DNA from: Prochlorococcus sp. AG-679-M23
GTDB taxonomy: Bacteria > Cyanobacteriota > Cyanobacteriia > PCC-6307 > Cyanobiaceae
Length of the DNA: 64,000 nucleotides
Reading direction: 5' to 3'
Assembly: GCA_003208875.1 (NCBI GenBank)
Contig: QCUR01000005.1
Coordinates: 1 to 64,000 of the forward strand
This document shows positions 1 to 10,845 of this stretch, in pieces. The number at the start of each line of letters is the position of its first letter. The stretch's first letter is position 1. The position numbers were made by a program, and so were the translations under genes. Under the pieces are notes generated by a model. It worked only from the letters and a program-made list of their open reading frames with translations. It did no database searches and was not told where the DNA came from.

Positions 1-135
1 TATTAACTTAAGTTGATCGCTATCTAGTTGCTCTAAATAATTTCTCATTGCAAGCCATGATCTTTCGCTTTCTATCTTTCCACTTTGTTTAAATAAATTT
101 GCGGAAACTTGATCTACTAATTCTTTATGAGTCAT
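1..135 (-). CDS. Small hypothetical protein, 5' part (MTHKELVDQVSANLFKQSGKIESERSWLAMRNYLEQLDSDQLKLI...), runs off the window
   Basis: Manual translation from ATG at 135; open to position 1. Confidence 0.6.
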   Translation of the reverse strand, partial: MTHKELVDQVSANLFKQSGKIESERSWLAMRNYLEQLDSDQLKLI

Positions 136-261
136 ATAAATATGTTTCGTCAAGTTTAATTACAACACCATTAAAAAATTCTGTTAATAATTCTGAGGCA
201 TCTTGAACGGATAGTTTCCTCTCCTCTTTGGATGGTTTCTTTTTAATTATATTTATATTCT

Positions 262-561
262 TCATGCTGATTCAGGTAATTCGAGTTCTTCAAAAGTCCA
301 ACCTTCTAATTGAAGGTCGTGCCATTTATCCCAGGCATTGTCCAAATCCATTTGACTTGATGATTTAATTGTTGAGGGCTCGCCAAGGTCATTTGCGTAA
401 TATGTATGGGCAATAATTCTGATATTATTTCTGTCAGATTTTTTATTTCTTGTAAATAAAATTAGTTTGCTGCGATCAGGTTTAAGAAGCCAACCACTTG
501 GGGACTCATTATGATAACCATAAGAAAAATTAGACCAAACATTAGCTTCTCCTGAAGTCAT
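262..561 (-). CDS. DUF1651-like picocyanobacterial protein
   Basis: GWLLKPDRSKLILF...AWDKWHDLQLEGW pattern, shared with 41232 and 43115 ORFs. Confidence 0.7.
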   Translation of the reverse strand: MTSGEANVWSNFSYGYHNESPSGWLLKPDRSKLILFTRNKKSDRNNIRIIAHTYYANDLGEPSTIKSSSQMDLDNAWDKWHDLQLEGWTFEELELPESA

Positions 562-620
562 TACTTAGTAATACATATGTACTACTAATATAGGTTAATG
601 TTATTTAAATCGTCAAGCAT

Positions 621-791
621 TTAATTATTAACATTGCTTTTTTCTTTTAATTCTTGAAAGCAGTTAGCAATAAGGATTAACTCATAAGCCTCTTCACTCA
701 GATATTTTTTATCTGGAACACCACTTTCAACTTCTATTGCTTTAGCTTTCATCTTATTTGGGATAAACTCTTGTCTTTGGATTGTTGTCAT
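621..791 (-). CDS. Hypothetical 56-aa protein (MTTIQRQEFIPNKMKAK...)
   Basis: Manual translation, ATG..TAA, fills intergenic gap. Confidence 0.5.
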   Translation of the reverse strand: MTTIQRQEFIPNKMKAKAIEVESGVPDKKYLSEEAYELILIANCFQELKEKSNVNN

Positions 792-1030
792 TCATTTAAA
801 CATTTTTTTCGTGCTTATTTGTTTAAGAGAATTTAATTGAATTTTTAAACTTTAACTTCTCAGGAATTCTTTGGAAAGAATACATAGTTGAGCTTTCTTC
901 TTTGGAGTTAACCTATATTACTTTTCAATAAATTCCAAGCAGCTAAGGAATTGAGTTGGATGAATTCATTCTTAAAATTCTAATGAAAGCTTTTTACTTT
1001 CTTATAGTTCTCTAAAACTAATTGAAGATA

Positions 1031-1056
1031 AAAAAAAGCAGCCTTAAAGCTGCTTC
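1031..1056 (-). terminator. Intrinsic terminator downstream of tRNA-fMet
   Basis: AAGCAGC-cttaaa-GCTGCTT hairpin followed by a T-run on the minus strand. Confidence 0.8.
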
Positions 1057-1060
1057 TAAT

Positions 1061-1137
<77 letters not shown>

Positions 1138-1181
1138 ATACATACATAGCATACATCTGAACGGGTTCTTTTTTGTGTTTT

Positions 1182-2147
1182 TTAGGATTCTTGGAATTTT
1201 AATTGACCTTTTACTTCAATTTGAACCCCTTCAGGTAATTTTATGATCTTGTCCTCTATATCTTGTATTCTTAATTCAGAAATCCATTCTAGTTGTTTCA
1301 AAATATGCAGACCCACAGATTGTTTTGCTCTTTTTGATCCATCTTCAACCTTTAAAGCTAAACCCATTCCTTCATTCACTTTACAGAAGCATTGTATTCC
1401 TTCTGCCCCTCCCTTGCTTATTACATGCCCATGTGATGCTTGTATAACCTCCGTATCAAATCTATTTTGGTCGCTTATCATTGTTGGATTAGTGGTCATT
1501 GCTCGACTTATTTGTTCTAATTCCGCATTATCAGAACTACTTAATAATGAATATAATTTTGCCATTTCGAGTATCTTCATATAAAGAGTTGGAGCTCCAC
1601 AGTCATCTCTCTCTGCATATATCTGTTCCAATGGGATTTCAAGAAGTTCTGATATTATCCTAAAGATTTCTATTTGCAGAGGGTGGTCTCCCTTTAAATA
1701 AGTATCTAAAGGCCAATTTAATTTTTTACATGTTGCCAGAAATGCTACATGCTTGCCAGAACAATTATGTTCTAAGGGACTTGTTTTTTTTAAGGGACAT
1801 TTGAGATAATCTATGCCTATATTATATTCCCACAAAATTTTAAAAGCTTCTCTTGCATGTAATTTAGATCCACTGTGAGATCCACAGGATAAGGCAATTG
1901 ACCTTGATGAATTCTTGATTTTTGATGAAGCTCCACTACTCACAAATGGAATTGCTTGAAAGGGCTTTAAGGCAGATCTTATAAAGCTTTTATATTCTGG
2001 ATTACCAGCACACATTAACACTCTTCCTTTTTTATCACTAATTACAGCATGTACTTTGTGAATCGATTCTAGTTTTGAACCTCTCATTAATATCATCTCT
2101 AATGGAGGATTATTTGACGTGTATAAATTTTTAAAATTAGAACTCAT
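1182..2147 (-). CDS. L-asparaginase II family protein
   Basis: RSALKPFQA, SHSGS, HNCSGKH, DDCGAP, KGGAEG motifs; start trimmed to MSSNF. Confidence 0.9.
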   Translation of the reverse strand: MSSNFKNLYTSNNPPLEMILMRGSKLESIHKVHAVISDKKGRVLMCAGNPEYKSFIRSALKPFQAIPFVSSGASSKIKNSSRSIALSCGSHSGSKLHAREAFKILWEYNIGIDYLKCPLKKTSPLEHNCSGKHVAFLATCKKLNWPLDTYLKGDHPLQIEIFRIISELLEIPLEQIYAERDDCGAPTLYMKILEMAKLYSLLSSSDNAELEQISRAMTTNPTMISDQNRFDTEVIQASHGHVISKGGAEGIQCFCKVNEGMGLALKVEDGSKRAKQSVGLHILKQLEWISELRIQDIEDKIIKLPEGVQIEVKGQLKFQES

Positions 2148-2148
2148 T

Positions 2149-2646
2149 TTAGAGATTATTATTTTGGAATAGTAAAATTCCAATTAAAGCAACGATAATA
2201 ATAATAGATAAGATTTGAATTAAATTTTTTAAAATTGGTTTTACTTCTAATGATGCTATTAATGATTCTTTTTCCTTTAATTTAATTGGTTTAATCCATA
2301 TTTGTCCGTCATACCATCCTGATTCTTCATATTCCACTTTTTCAGAAGTTAATCTTTTAAATATATGATTCCAACCAAGATATAACCTTATAGAGAAAAG
2401 GAATGGCAAAGATAAACTACTAAAAAAGCTTAATAAAATGTACCTTAATGTGGAAGTTTCAAAATATATACTCCCTGAAGAAATTACAACAAATATAAAA
2501 AATGTTCCGATCCAAAACTTTAGTAAAATAATTGAAAAAGCTTTTTTTGATTTTGGCCAAGTAAATATTTTAGATTTTGATAATTCGATAAATTCATTTG
2601 TAGGCTGTTGATCTTTTGGAACTGGGCAGTTAAATTGATTCATCAA
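2149..2646 (-). CDS. CGLD27/Ycf36 (DUF1230) membrane protein
   Basis: CPVP..QQP.NE and VEYEESGWYDGQIWIKP motifs. Confidence 0.9.
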   Translation of the reverse strand: MMNQFNCPVPKDQQPTNEFIELSKSKIFTWPKSKKAFSIILLKFWIGTFFIFVVISSGSIYFETSTLRYILLSFFSSLSLPFLFSIRLYLGWNHIFKRLTSEKVEYEESGWYDGQIWIKPIKLKEKESLIASLEVKPILKNLIQILSIIIIVALIGILLFQNNNL

Positions 2647-2649
2647 TAT

Positions 2650-2997
2650 TTATAATGGAAAATTGAGGTCATCTCCATTACTCCAAAATGATTCAAGGTC
2701 GTAGAACTTTCTTATATCGGGTTGAAAAATATTTACTATTAAATCACCATAATCTAGTAGTGCCCATTTTGCTTCGTTAACTCCCTCTTTTCTAATTGGT
2801 TCGATCTTTGCTTTTTCTCTAAGTTCTACCTCGACAGAATTGGTAATTGATCTAACTTGAACATCTGATAAGCCTTCAGCAATAAGGATCCACTCACTAA
2901 TATATGAAACTTTGTCAATTTTAATCAATTTTATCTCTTGAGCCTTTTTTATATCACAGGCTTTGGCCGCCATTAAAACTAATAATTTATTGTCCAT
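2650..2997 (-). CDS. rsfS: Ribosome silencing factor (Iojap)
   Basis: WALLDYGDLIVNIF...RKFYDLESFW; start at MDNK. Confidence 0.92.
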   Translation of the reverse strand: MDNKLLVLMAAKACDIKKAQEIKLIKIDKVSYISEWILIAEGLSDVQVRSITNSVEVELREKAKIEPIRKEGVNEAKWALLDYGDLIVNIFQPDIRKFYDLESFWSNGDDLNFPL

Positions 2998-3625
2998 AAA
3001 CGTTTTCACTTGAAACTGATTTGTCTGAGCCCTCTTGTTGTGATAATTCTGACCTAGCTTTTTCGGCACTTTTTCTTAATGCTTCTAATCTATCTTCAAA
3101 TATTATTCTTTTTTTCTTTTTTCTAGTTTTTTCTATTAGCTCTTTTAAAGCCCCGCCAAGGCTTTTATAAGCATTTGGGATACTATACCCAAATCTACAG
3201 GCAAGGTCTATGGCTCTTTCATCTGCAAAAATAGCATCTTGTAATCTTTTCTCAGAATTATTTTTTATATAAAGTCTATATCCTGCAAAACCTGATAAGC
3301 CAAGAGCAAGTAATAAAAGTAATCCATCTTGTACCCATAGTTCACCTATAGCTCCACCAAGGCCTATCGCTAAAGCTGCCATTTCCCATCCGTCCCGTGG
3401 AATTGCATCATTTTGAATCTTGCCTACTTCATGCCAAAACAATAAATTTCTATGATCAATTGCATAATTATCCCATTCTTCTAAATCTATTTGAATTTCA
3501 ACTTCGTCACGACCAATTTCCTCTAATGTTATCAATGGAGGATCTATGGCGGCGGCAGCTTCAATAAAAACCCAACTTTCATTCTCTGGAGGCAACAAAC
3601 TTTTAAGTCGCTGAAGTTCGCTCAT
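2987..3625 (-). CDS. DUF3318 family protein
   Basis: ELQRLKSLLP, LLFWHEVG, ADERA motifs; conserved upstream of rsfS in cyanobacteria. Confidence 0.85.
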   Translation of the reverse strand: MSELQRLKSLLPPENESWVFIEAAAAIDPPLITLEEIGRDEVEIQIDLEEWDNYAIDHRNLLFWHEVGKIQNDAIPRDGWEMAALAIGLGGAIGELWVQDGLLLLLALGLSGFAGYRLYIKNNSEKRLQDAIFADERAIDLACRFGYSIPNAYKSLGGALKELIEKTRKKKKRIIFEDRLEALRKSAEKARSELSQQEGSDKSVSSENVYGQ

Positions 3626-3733
3626 AAATTATGTTTTATTATCAATACTATAGAAACAAATGTTGCTTTTCAAGTAACTTGATTAACAACTGATGATTTG
3701 TAAGTAGCATTAAATAAATGAATTTTTCTAATT

Positions 3734-6700
3734 ATGCCTCAAAGAGGTGATCTTAAAAGAATCTTAATCCTTGGTTCAGGTCCAATTGTTATAGGACAAG
3801 CATGTGAATTTGATTATTCAGGTACTCAAGCTTGTAAAGCTTTAAGAAAAGCTGGATATGAAATTATTTTAATTAATTCTAATCCAGCTTCAATAATGAC
3901 TGATCCTGAAATTGCAAATAAGACCTATATAGAACCTTTGACTCCAGAAATAGTCTCTCAAATTATTTTGAAGGAAAAACCTGATGCGATTCTTCCTACA
4001 ATGGGTGGTCAGACTGCCTTGAATCTGGCTGTAAAACTTTCTGAGTCTGAATTTTTGACAAATAATAATGTTGAATTGATAGGAGCTGATTTAAAAGCTA
4101 TCAACAAGGCTGAAGATAGAAAACTGTTTAAAGAATCGATGGAAAATATAAATGTAAAAGTATGTCCTTCAGGGATCGCTTCTGATTTATTCGAAGCAAG
4201 AGAAGTATCTAAGCAAATAAATTCGTACCCGTTAATCATAAGACCAGCTTTTACTTTAGGTGGAGTTGGAGGGGGAATAGCATACAATCTTGAAGAATTT
4301 AATGATCTTTGTAAATCTGGTTTAGATGAAAGTCCTAGTAATCAAATTTTAATTGAAAAATCTTTAATAGGTTGGAAAGAGTTTGAATTAGAAGTTATGA
4401 GAGATACAGCTGATAATGTTGTTATAGTCTGCAGCATTGAAAATTTAGACCCTATGGGTGTTCATACTGGGGACTCAATTACAGTAGCCCCTGCTCAAAC
4501 ATTAACTGACAGAGAATACCAAAGACTTAGAGATTTATCTTTAAAAATAATAAGAGAAGTAGGTGTTGAAACAGGAGGAAGTAATATACAATTTGCGGTA
4601 AATCCAAAAAATGGTGATGTAATAGTTATCGAAATGAACCCAAGGGTAAGTAGATCCTCTGCATTAGCTAGTAAAGCTACAGGCTTCCCTATAGCTAAGA
4701 TTGCGGCTTTGTTATCTGTTGGGTACACACTTGATGAAATTATTAACGATATTACTAAAAAAACGCCTGCATGCTTTGAACCCTCAATTGATTACGTTGT
4801 AACAAAGGTACCAAGATTTGCTTTTGAAAAGTTTAAAGGTTCTTCAAACATTTTAAATACATCAATGAAATCTGTTGGAGAATCAATGGCAATTGGCCGA
4901 TCCTTTGAAGAATCTTTTCAAAAAGCTTTGAGATCTTTAGAAATTGGTATTTTCGGTTGGGAATGTGATTCAATTGAAGATTTTAATAACGATAATGATT
5001 TAAAGAATAATTTACGAAACCCAACTGCAGAAAGGATATTAATAGTTAAAAAAGCAATGGAATCTGGTAAAACTAATTCATATATTAATGAAATAACGAA
5101 TATTGATTTGTGGTTTATTGAGAAGTTACGAAATATTTTCAATTTTCAGAATGAATTTTTAAAAGGGAATGAACTTACTCGAATTGATAGAGATTTAATG
5201 TTAAATGCAAAGCAATTGGGCTTTTCAGATCAACAGATTGCAAAATTAACTAACTCTGAATTTTTTGAAGTAAGAAATTATCGAAAAAAATTGAATGTTT
5301 TACCACTTTATAAAACTGTGGATACTTGCTCAGCTGAGTTTTCATCTGAAACACCGTACCATTATTCAAGCTATGAAGAAGCTTTTGTATACAATAATCT
5401 TAATACAAATGATAATGAAATTTCTGTTGATAATGATAAGTATTTAAAAAAAATTATGATATTGGGAGGCGGTCCTAATAGAATTGGACAAGGTATTGAA
5501 TTTGATTACTGTTGCTGTCATGCCTCGTATCAGGCTTCAAGTAATGGTTATCAAACGATAATGGTTAATAGTAATCCTGAAACTGTTTCAACTGATTATG
5601 ATACAAGCGATATTTTATATTTTGAGCCTGTTACTTTGGAGGATGTTCTCAATATAATTGAAGCTGAAAATCCATATGGATTGATAGTTCAATTTGGAGG
5701 ACAAACACCTCTTAAGTTGTCTTTGCCTTTATCTGATTGGTTGGCGTCTAAGGAAGGTATTAAATGTAAATCAAAAATTCTTGGAACATCTCCTCATTCA
5801 ATTGACATAGCTGAAGATAGAGAAGAATTCACAAAGATTCTAGAAGAATTAAATATAAGACAACCTCTCAATGGAATGGCACGTAATGAAAAAGAGGCTA
5901 TATCAGTTGCAAATAATATAGGATTCCCTTTAGTAGTAAGGCCCTCTTATGTCTTAGGTGGAAGGGCTATGGAAATAGTTAAAGATAAAAATGATTTATC
6001 CCGATATATAAAAGAGGCCGTTAAAGTTTCTCCAGATCATCCGATTCTTTTGGATCAATATTTAAGTAATGCAATAGAAATTGATGTTGATGCTTTATGT
6101 GATAAAACCGGTTCAGTTGTTATCGCAGGTCTTATGGAGCATGTAGAACCTGCTGGAATTCATTCTGGTGATTCTGCTTGTTGCCTACCTTCAATTTCTT
6201 TATCCCAACAAACAATAGATACTGTTAAAAATTGGACAAAATTAATTGCAAATAGATTAAATGTTGTTGGCTTAATTAATTTGCAATTTGCAATTAGAAA
6301 TCATAGTAATGAAGAAAATCAATTATTTATTTTAGAGGCTAATCCACGAGCATCAAGAACTATCCCTTTTGTTTCCAAAGCTATCGGTAAACCTGTTGCG
6401 AAATTAGCGACTCAATTAATGCAAGGATCCTCTTTAAAAGATATAAATTTTACTAAGGAACTAATACCTAAATATCAAGCGGTTAAGGAAGCTGTTTTAC
6501 CTTTCAAAAGGTTTCCTGGCTCTGATGCTTTACTTGGCCCTGAGATGCGTTCTACAGGGGAAGTAATGGGATTAGCCGATAATTTTGGCCTTGCATATGC
6601 AAAATCTGAATTGGCTGCTGGAAATGGCGTACCTTCTGAGGGTGTTGCTTTTTTATCTACTAATGATTTAGATAAAGAGAAATTAGAGTACATAGCAAGA

Positions 6701-7033
6701 GAACTAATAGTTTTAGGTTTTAAATTAGTCGCGACTAAGGGTACTGCTAAATATTTATTTAATTTAGGAATTGAAGTTGATGAAGTTTTAAAGGTTCATG
6801 AAGGAAGGCCTAACATTGAAGATTCAATTCGTTCTGGTCTTATCCAATTAGTTATTAATACTCCAATTGGATCTCAGGCTCTCCATGATGATGCTTATCT
6901 TAGAAGAGCATCCTTAGAATATAATATTCCTACTTTCACTACTATTCCTGGAGCAAAAGCAGCTTTGCAGGCAATTAAATCATTACGGCTAAATAAAATT
7001 GATACTTTATCACTTCAGGAGATTCATAACTAA
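3734..7033 (+). CDS. carB: Carbamoyl-phosphate synthase large subunit
   Basis: [17 protein letters not shown], duplicated ATP-grasp domains, C-terminal MGS domain. Confidence 0.99.
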   Translation: MPQRGDLKRILILGSGPIVIGQACEFDYSGTQACKALRKAGYEIILINSNPASIMTDPEIANKTYIEPLTPEIVSQIILKEKPDAILPTMGGQTALNLAVKLSESEFLTNNNVELIGADLKAINKAEDRKLFKESMENINVKVCPSGIASDLFEAREVSKQINSYPLIIRPAFTLGGVGGGIAYNLEEFNDLCKSGLDESPSNQILIEKSLIGWKEFELEVMRDTADNVVIVCSIENLDPMGVHTGDSITVAPAQTLTDREYQRLRDLSLKIIREVGVETGGSNIQFAVNPKNGDVIVIEMNPRVSRSSALASKATGFPIAKIAALLSVGYTLDEIINDITKKTPACFEPSIDYVVTKVPRFAFEKFKGSSNILNTSMKSVGESMAIGRSFEESFQKALRSLEIGIFGWECDSIEDFNNDNDLKNNLRNPTAERILIVKKAMESGKTNSYINEITNIDLWFIEKLRNIFNFQNEFLKGNELTRIDRDLMLNAKQLGFSDQQIAKLTNSEFFEVRNYRKKLNVLPLYKTVDTCSAEFSSETPYHYSSYEEAFVYNNLNTNDNEISVDNDKYLKKIMILGGGPNRIGQGIEFDYCCCHASYQASSNGYQTIMVNSNPETVSTDYDTSDILYFEPVTLEDVLNIIEAENPYGLIVQFGGQTPLKLSLPLSDWLASKEGIKCKSKILGTSPHSIDIAEDREEFTKILEELNIRQPLNGMARNEKEAISVANNIGFPLVVRPSYVLGGRAMEIVKDKNDLSRYIKEAVKVSPDHPILLDQYLSNAIEIDVDALCDKTGSVVIAGLMEHVEPAGIHSGDSACCLPSISLSQQTIDTVKNWTKLIANRLNVVGLINLQFAIRNHSNEENQLFILEANPRASRTIPFVSKAIGKPVAKLATQLMQGSSLKDINFTKELIPKYQAVKEAVLPFKRFPGSDALLGPEMRSTGEVMGLADNFGLAYAKSELAAGNGVPSEGVAFLSTNDLDKEKLEYIARELIVLGFKLVATKGTAKYLFNLGIEVDEVLKVHEGRPNIEDSIRSGLIQLVINTPIGSQALHDDAYLRRASLEYNIPTFTTIPGAKAALQAIKSLRLNKIDTLSLQEIHN

Positions 7034-7039
7034 TAGAAT

Positions 7040-7259
7040 CTATTCATAATTTTTAAGATTCTCTCTTAATTGGTTTTTGAGGGAGTTTCTACCAATGGAT
7101 AACAATTTAAATGTGTCTTCATGAATTTTTAGCTGAGTTTCAGCTATTTGTAATCCTTTAATTAGTTCTTTTGTTTAACTAGTTAAAACATTAATATTAT
7201 ATTTCCCCCTCCTGAAAAGTAAGGACTCGATTTTTATTTTCAATGTTTTTTTCAGTAAT
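7040..7259 (-). pseudogene. Degraded small coiled-coil protein gene (DUF6447-like; VLTF..KYNIN..KELIKGLQIAETQLKIHEDT)
   Basis: No ATG (ATT), frameshift in G-run near 7205-7212, in-frame TAA near 7176; 3' half still reads as a familiar picocyanobacterial protein. Confidence 0.65.
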
Positions 7260-7287
7260 GATTTTATCTTTTATTAAATAAATAAAA

Positions 7288-9030
7288 TCAAGTAACCTGT
7301 ATCAACTGTTTTTCACATAATTCTTTATAAATTCCATCTTTCTTGAACAAATCTATATGTTTCCCACTATCTACAATTTTACCTTTATCAAAAACAACTA
7401 TTTTATCTGCTCCTTGGGTAGTGGATAATCTGTGAGCGATAATTATAACTGTCCTGTTATTCATTGCTTGATTTAACCCTTTTTGAACTTCTGCTTCTGA
7501 ATCTGAATCTAATGCACTTGTAGCCTCATCTAATAAAAGTATAGATGGGTTACCTAATATCGCGCGAGCTATTGCTAATCTTTGAATCTGACCTCCTGAA
7601 AAGTTAGAGCCTCTTTCGGTTATGTTTGTTTCGTATTTACTAGGGAGTTTAAGAATAAATTCATGAGCATTTGCAATCTTGGCAGACTTAATTACATCGT
7701 CTTCACTAAAGTCCCTACCCATTTTTATTACATCAATTATTCTTCCAGAAAATAAAAAAGGTTGCTGTTGTACCAAGGCAATATTTGATCTTATATCTAT
7801 TGAGCTTATAGATCTTATGTTTTTATCATCTATATATATGTCGCCTATTTTAGGGCTTATGAATTTTAATATCAAAGAAATCATTGTGCTTTTCCCAGCT
7901 CCTGATGATCCTACAAATGCAATTACCTGTCCTTTTGAAATTTTTAAAGTGATATCTTTTAAAACTTCATTACCCTTTTTATATTCAAAACTAACATGAT
8001 TGAACTCTATCTTCCCATTTATTTTTGCTATTTTTTCTAGATTTTGCTCATCTTTTTCCATGGGTTGCATATTTATTTTTTTTAATCTTTTTAATGAAGC
8101 TTCTGCTTGCTTATATTCATTAAAGTTTGTGCTAATGTGACTAATTGGGTCTATGAGCATTAGTATTGCAGCAAAAAAACTGCTAAATTCTTCGCTATTT
8201 AAAAGACCTAGGTTAATTCTTAATGCTCCTAAACCTAATATTGCCAATATTCCAAAAGCTTCAATAAAACCTACTATTGGATGTTGGATAGCAAGTAATT
8301 TAAGTGTCTTATATTTTGCTTGTTTATTACTTCTCAATTTTGTATTGAATCTACCTTTAATCCAATTTTCTGCTGCAAATGATCTTATTGTCGAAATTCC
8401 GTTTATAGATTCTCCTATTAATCCGGCTAAATCGCTTGTTGATTCTTGACTTTTTTCAGATGCTATTAAAACTCTTTTCCCAAAATTATTTACTGATAAA
8501 ACAATTATTGGAGCTAAAATAAATGTTGATATTGTCAACGACCAGTCTAAATAAAACATATAGATAATTACTGCTAATAATTGCAACACGCATGGTAATG
8601 TATCTTGAAATGTTTTATAAATCACTTCACTGACTCTGTCCGCATCTTCGGTAAGCCTATAAGTAATATCTCCTGCAGAAATGTTGTTGATAAAATTCAT
8701 TTTTATTTTGTGAATTTTACTAAATAAACTTTGTCTCATTACTTCACTTATTTCTAATGAAGGCTTAGCAATATAAACATCTTGCCCATATTGAGCAGTT
8801 TTTTGAATTAAAAATACAAGAAGAGAATTTATTATGATATTAGTTACGGTTGATAATTCTCCGGATCCAATAGCAGGTATTAATTTTCCAGCTAAAAAAG
8901 CTAATATTGGCCAACATGCTACATAAATTATCATGCATATAAAACCTTTAATAAATCTATTAATATATGGAGTGATTGATGGAATTAATTGCAAGATATT
9001 ATTTTTAATTGCTTCTTTTACTTTATCAAT
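7288..9030 (-). CDS. ABC transporter, fused permease/ATP-binding (MsbA/MdlB-like)
   Basis: TM domain plus GSSGAGKS, FSGGQ, LLLDEATSALD; start uncertain, trimmed to avoid the divergent S4 gene. Confidence 0.9.
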   Translation of the reverse strand: MDKVKEAIKNNILQLIPSITPYINRFIKGFICMIIYVACWPILAFLAGKLIPAIGSGELSTVTNIIINSLLVFLIQKTAQYGQDVYIAKPSLEISEVMRQSLFSKIHKIKMNFINNISAGDITYRLTEDADRVSEVIYKTFQDTLPCVLQLLAVIIYMFYLDWSLTISTFILAPIIVLSVNNFGKRVLIASEKSQESTSDLAGLIGESINGISTIRSFAAENWIKGRFNTKLRSNKQAKYKTLKLLAIQHPIVGFIEAFGILAILGLGALRINLGLLNSEEFSSFFAAILMLIDPISHISTNFNEYKQAEASLKRLKKINMQPMEKDEQNLEKIAKINGKIEFNHVSFEYKKGNEVLKDITLKISKGQVIAFVGSSGAGKSTMISLILKFISPKIGDIYIDDKNIRSISSIDIRSNIALVQQQPFLFSGRIIDVIKMGRDFSEDDVIKSAKIANAHEFILKLPSKYETNITERGSNFSGGQIQRLAIARAILGNPSILLLDEATSALDSDSEAEVQKGLNQAMNNRTVIIIAHRLSTTQGADKIVVFDKGKIVDSGKHIDLFKKDGIYKELCEKQLIQVT

Positions 9031-9050
9031 AGCTGTGAATTTATAAAACA

Positions 9051-9227
9051 ATGAAATTGAATCAATTTTTAAAATGGCATAACGTTGTTTCTTCTGGTGG
9101 TGAGGCAAAAATTCTCATAAATTCTGGTCAGATAAAAGTTAATGGTGAAATAGAAAAAAAAAGAGGAAGAAAATTAGTTAAAGGAGATAAAGTTATGTTT
9201 CTAAAAAGTGAATTAATTTTTGAATAA
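9051..9227 (+). CDS. RNA-binding S4 domain protein (YaaA/YbcJ-like)
   Basis: Manual translation MKLNQFLKWHNVVSSGGEAKILINSGQIKVNGEIEKKRGRKLVKGD. Confidence 0.9.
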   Translation: MKLNQFLKWHNVVSSGGEAKILINSGQIKVNGEIEKKRGRKLVKGDKVMFLKSELIFE

Positions 9228-9278
9228 TTAGCCTAAAAACCCAGGCTATATTAGTATATTTTTCTTAGACAACATATT

Positions 9279-10004
9279 TTGAGAAAATCTGTAATCGCTG
9301 GTAATTGGAAGATGCACATGACTTGTGCTGATACAAAAAAATATTTGGAAGAATTTCTTCCTCTTATTGAAGAAATTCCTAATGACAGAAAAATAGTTAT
9401 TGCTCCTCCCTTTACAGCTATTTCTACTTTTTCTAATTATACAAACTTAGATTATTTAAATATCGCAAGTCAAAATATCCATTGGGAAGATAAAGGTGCT
9501 TTTACTGCAGAAATCTCTCCTAATATGCTTATTGAACACAATGTAAAATATGCAATTGTTGGTCATAGTGAACCTCGGAAATACTTTAGTGAAAGTGATG
9601 AACAAATTAATAAAAGAGCTGTCTTTGCTCAATCAAGTGGACTAACTCCAATAGTTTGTGTCGGTGAAACTCTTGAACAAAGAGAAAGAGGTGAAGCCGA
9701 TAGGGTCATTACCAGACAAGTTGAGCAGGGATTAGAGAATACTGATCCATCTAATCTTATAGTTGCTTATGAACCTATATGGGCTATTGGTACAGGTAAA
9801 ACTTGTGAAGCAAGTGATGCAAACAAGATCTGTGCTTTGATAAGGAGGTTGATTGGTTTTAGTGACGTAATCATTCAATATGGAGGTTCTGTTAAACCTA
9901 GTAATATTGATGAGATCATGTCAATGAGTGATATTGATGGTGTCTTGGTAGGTGGTTCTTCTTTAGATCCTATAAGTTTTTCAAGAATTGCAAATTTCGA
10001 ATAA
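9279..10004 (+). CDS. tpiA: Triosephosphate isomerase
   Basis: [26 protein letters not shown]. Confidence 0.98.
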   Translation: MRKSVIAGNWKMHMTCADTKKYLEEFLPLIEEIPNDRKIVIAPPFTAISTFSNYTNLDYLNIASQNIHWEDKGAFTAEISPNMLIEHNVKYAIVGHSEPRKYFSESDEQINKRAVFAQSSGLTPIVCVGETLEQRERGEADRVITRQVEQGLENTDPSNLIVAYEPIWAIGTGKTCEASDANKICALIRRLIGFSDVIIQYGGSVKPSNIDEIMSMSDIDGVLVGGSSLDPISFSRIANFE

Positions 10005-10830
10005 TAATTACCCTTGGCCTGATGATTGGGGGCGGAAAACCTCAATAATGGGGATTATTAATTTAACTCCTGATTCATTTAGTGATGGAGGTGATTTTTG
10101 TTCGATAGAAAAAGTTTTAAATCAAGTTAATTATTTTGTTTCTAATGGGGTTAATGTAATTGATCTTGGTGCTCAAAGTACTAGACCAGGAGCGATTGAA
10201 ATCGGAGCGAAAAATGAATCAAAAAGATTGATACCATATTTAAAAAAAATTAGAAGTGAATATCCCGATATTCTTATTTCTATAGATACTTTTAATTCTG
10301 AGGTTGCTCATGAAGCTCTATCAAATGGTGCTAATTGGATTAATGATGTCACTGGAGGCAGAAGGGATGAGGAGATTCTAGATGTTGTCTCAGAATTCAA
10401 ATGTCCTTTCGTAATTACTCATAGTCGCGGTGACAGCAAAAACATGAATAATTTGACAAAATATGATGATTTTTTAGTTGATATTATTCATTCTCTTGAG
10501 ACTTTGACAAAAAAAGCTCTAAGCAAAAATGTCAGTAAGGACAGAATAATTTGGGATCCAGGTATTGGATTTTCAAAAGATACCAAACAGAACATAGAAA
10601 TTCTAAGAAATATCCCTTTATTTAAAAAATTTGATTTTCCACTCTTAATCGGGGCCTCAAGAAAAAGATTTATTGGAGAAATCTTAAATGAACCTAATCC
10701 CAAAGAAAGAGATATTGGAACACTTGCTATTAGTTGTCTTTGTTCTCAACAAAATATTCACTTAGTAAGAGTTCATAATGTAAAAATAAATCATCAAGTT
10801 TTAAAAGTTGCTGATCAGATTTTTAGATAA
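9988..10830 (+). CDS. folP: Dihydropteroate synthase
   Basis: [31 protein letters not shown]. Confidence 0.97.
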   Translation: MQISNNNYPWPDDWGRKTSIMGIINLTPDSFSDGGDFCSIEKVLNQVNYFVSNGVNVIDLGAQSTRPGAIEIGAKNESKRLIPYLKKIRSEYPDILISIDTFNSEVAHEALSNGANWINDVTGGRRDEEILDVVSEFKCPFVITHSRGDSKNMNNLTKYDDFLVDIIHSLETLTKKALSKNVSKDRIIWDPGIGFSKDTKQNIEILRNIPLFKKFDFPLLIGASRKRFIGEILNEPNPKERDIGTLAISCLCSQQNIHLVRVHNVKINHQVLKVADQIFR

Positions 10831-10845
10831 AGAAATTTATTTTTA

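Noticed and set aside
9031..9108. N-terminal extension of the ABC transporter ORF
   Set aside because: Overlaps the divergent S4-domain gene, so the true start must be downstream
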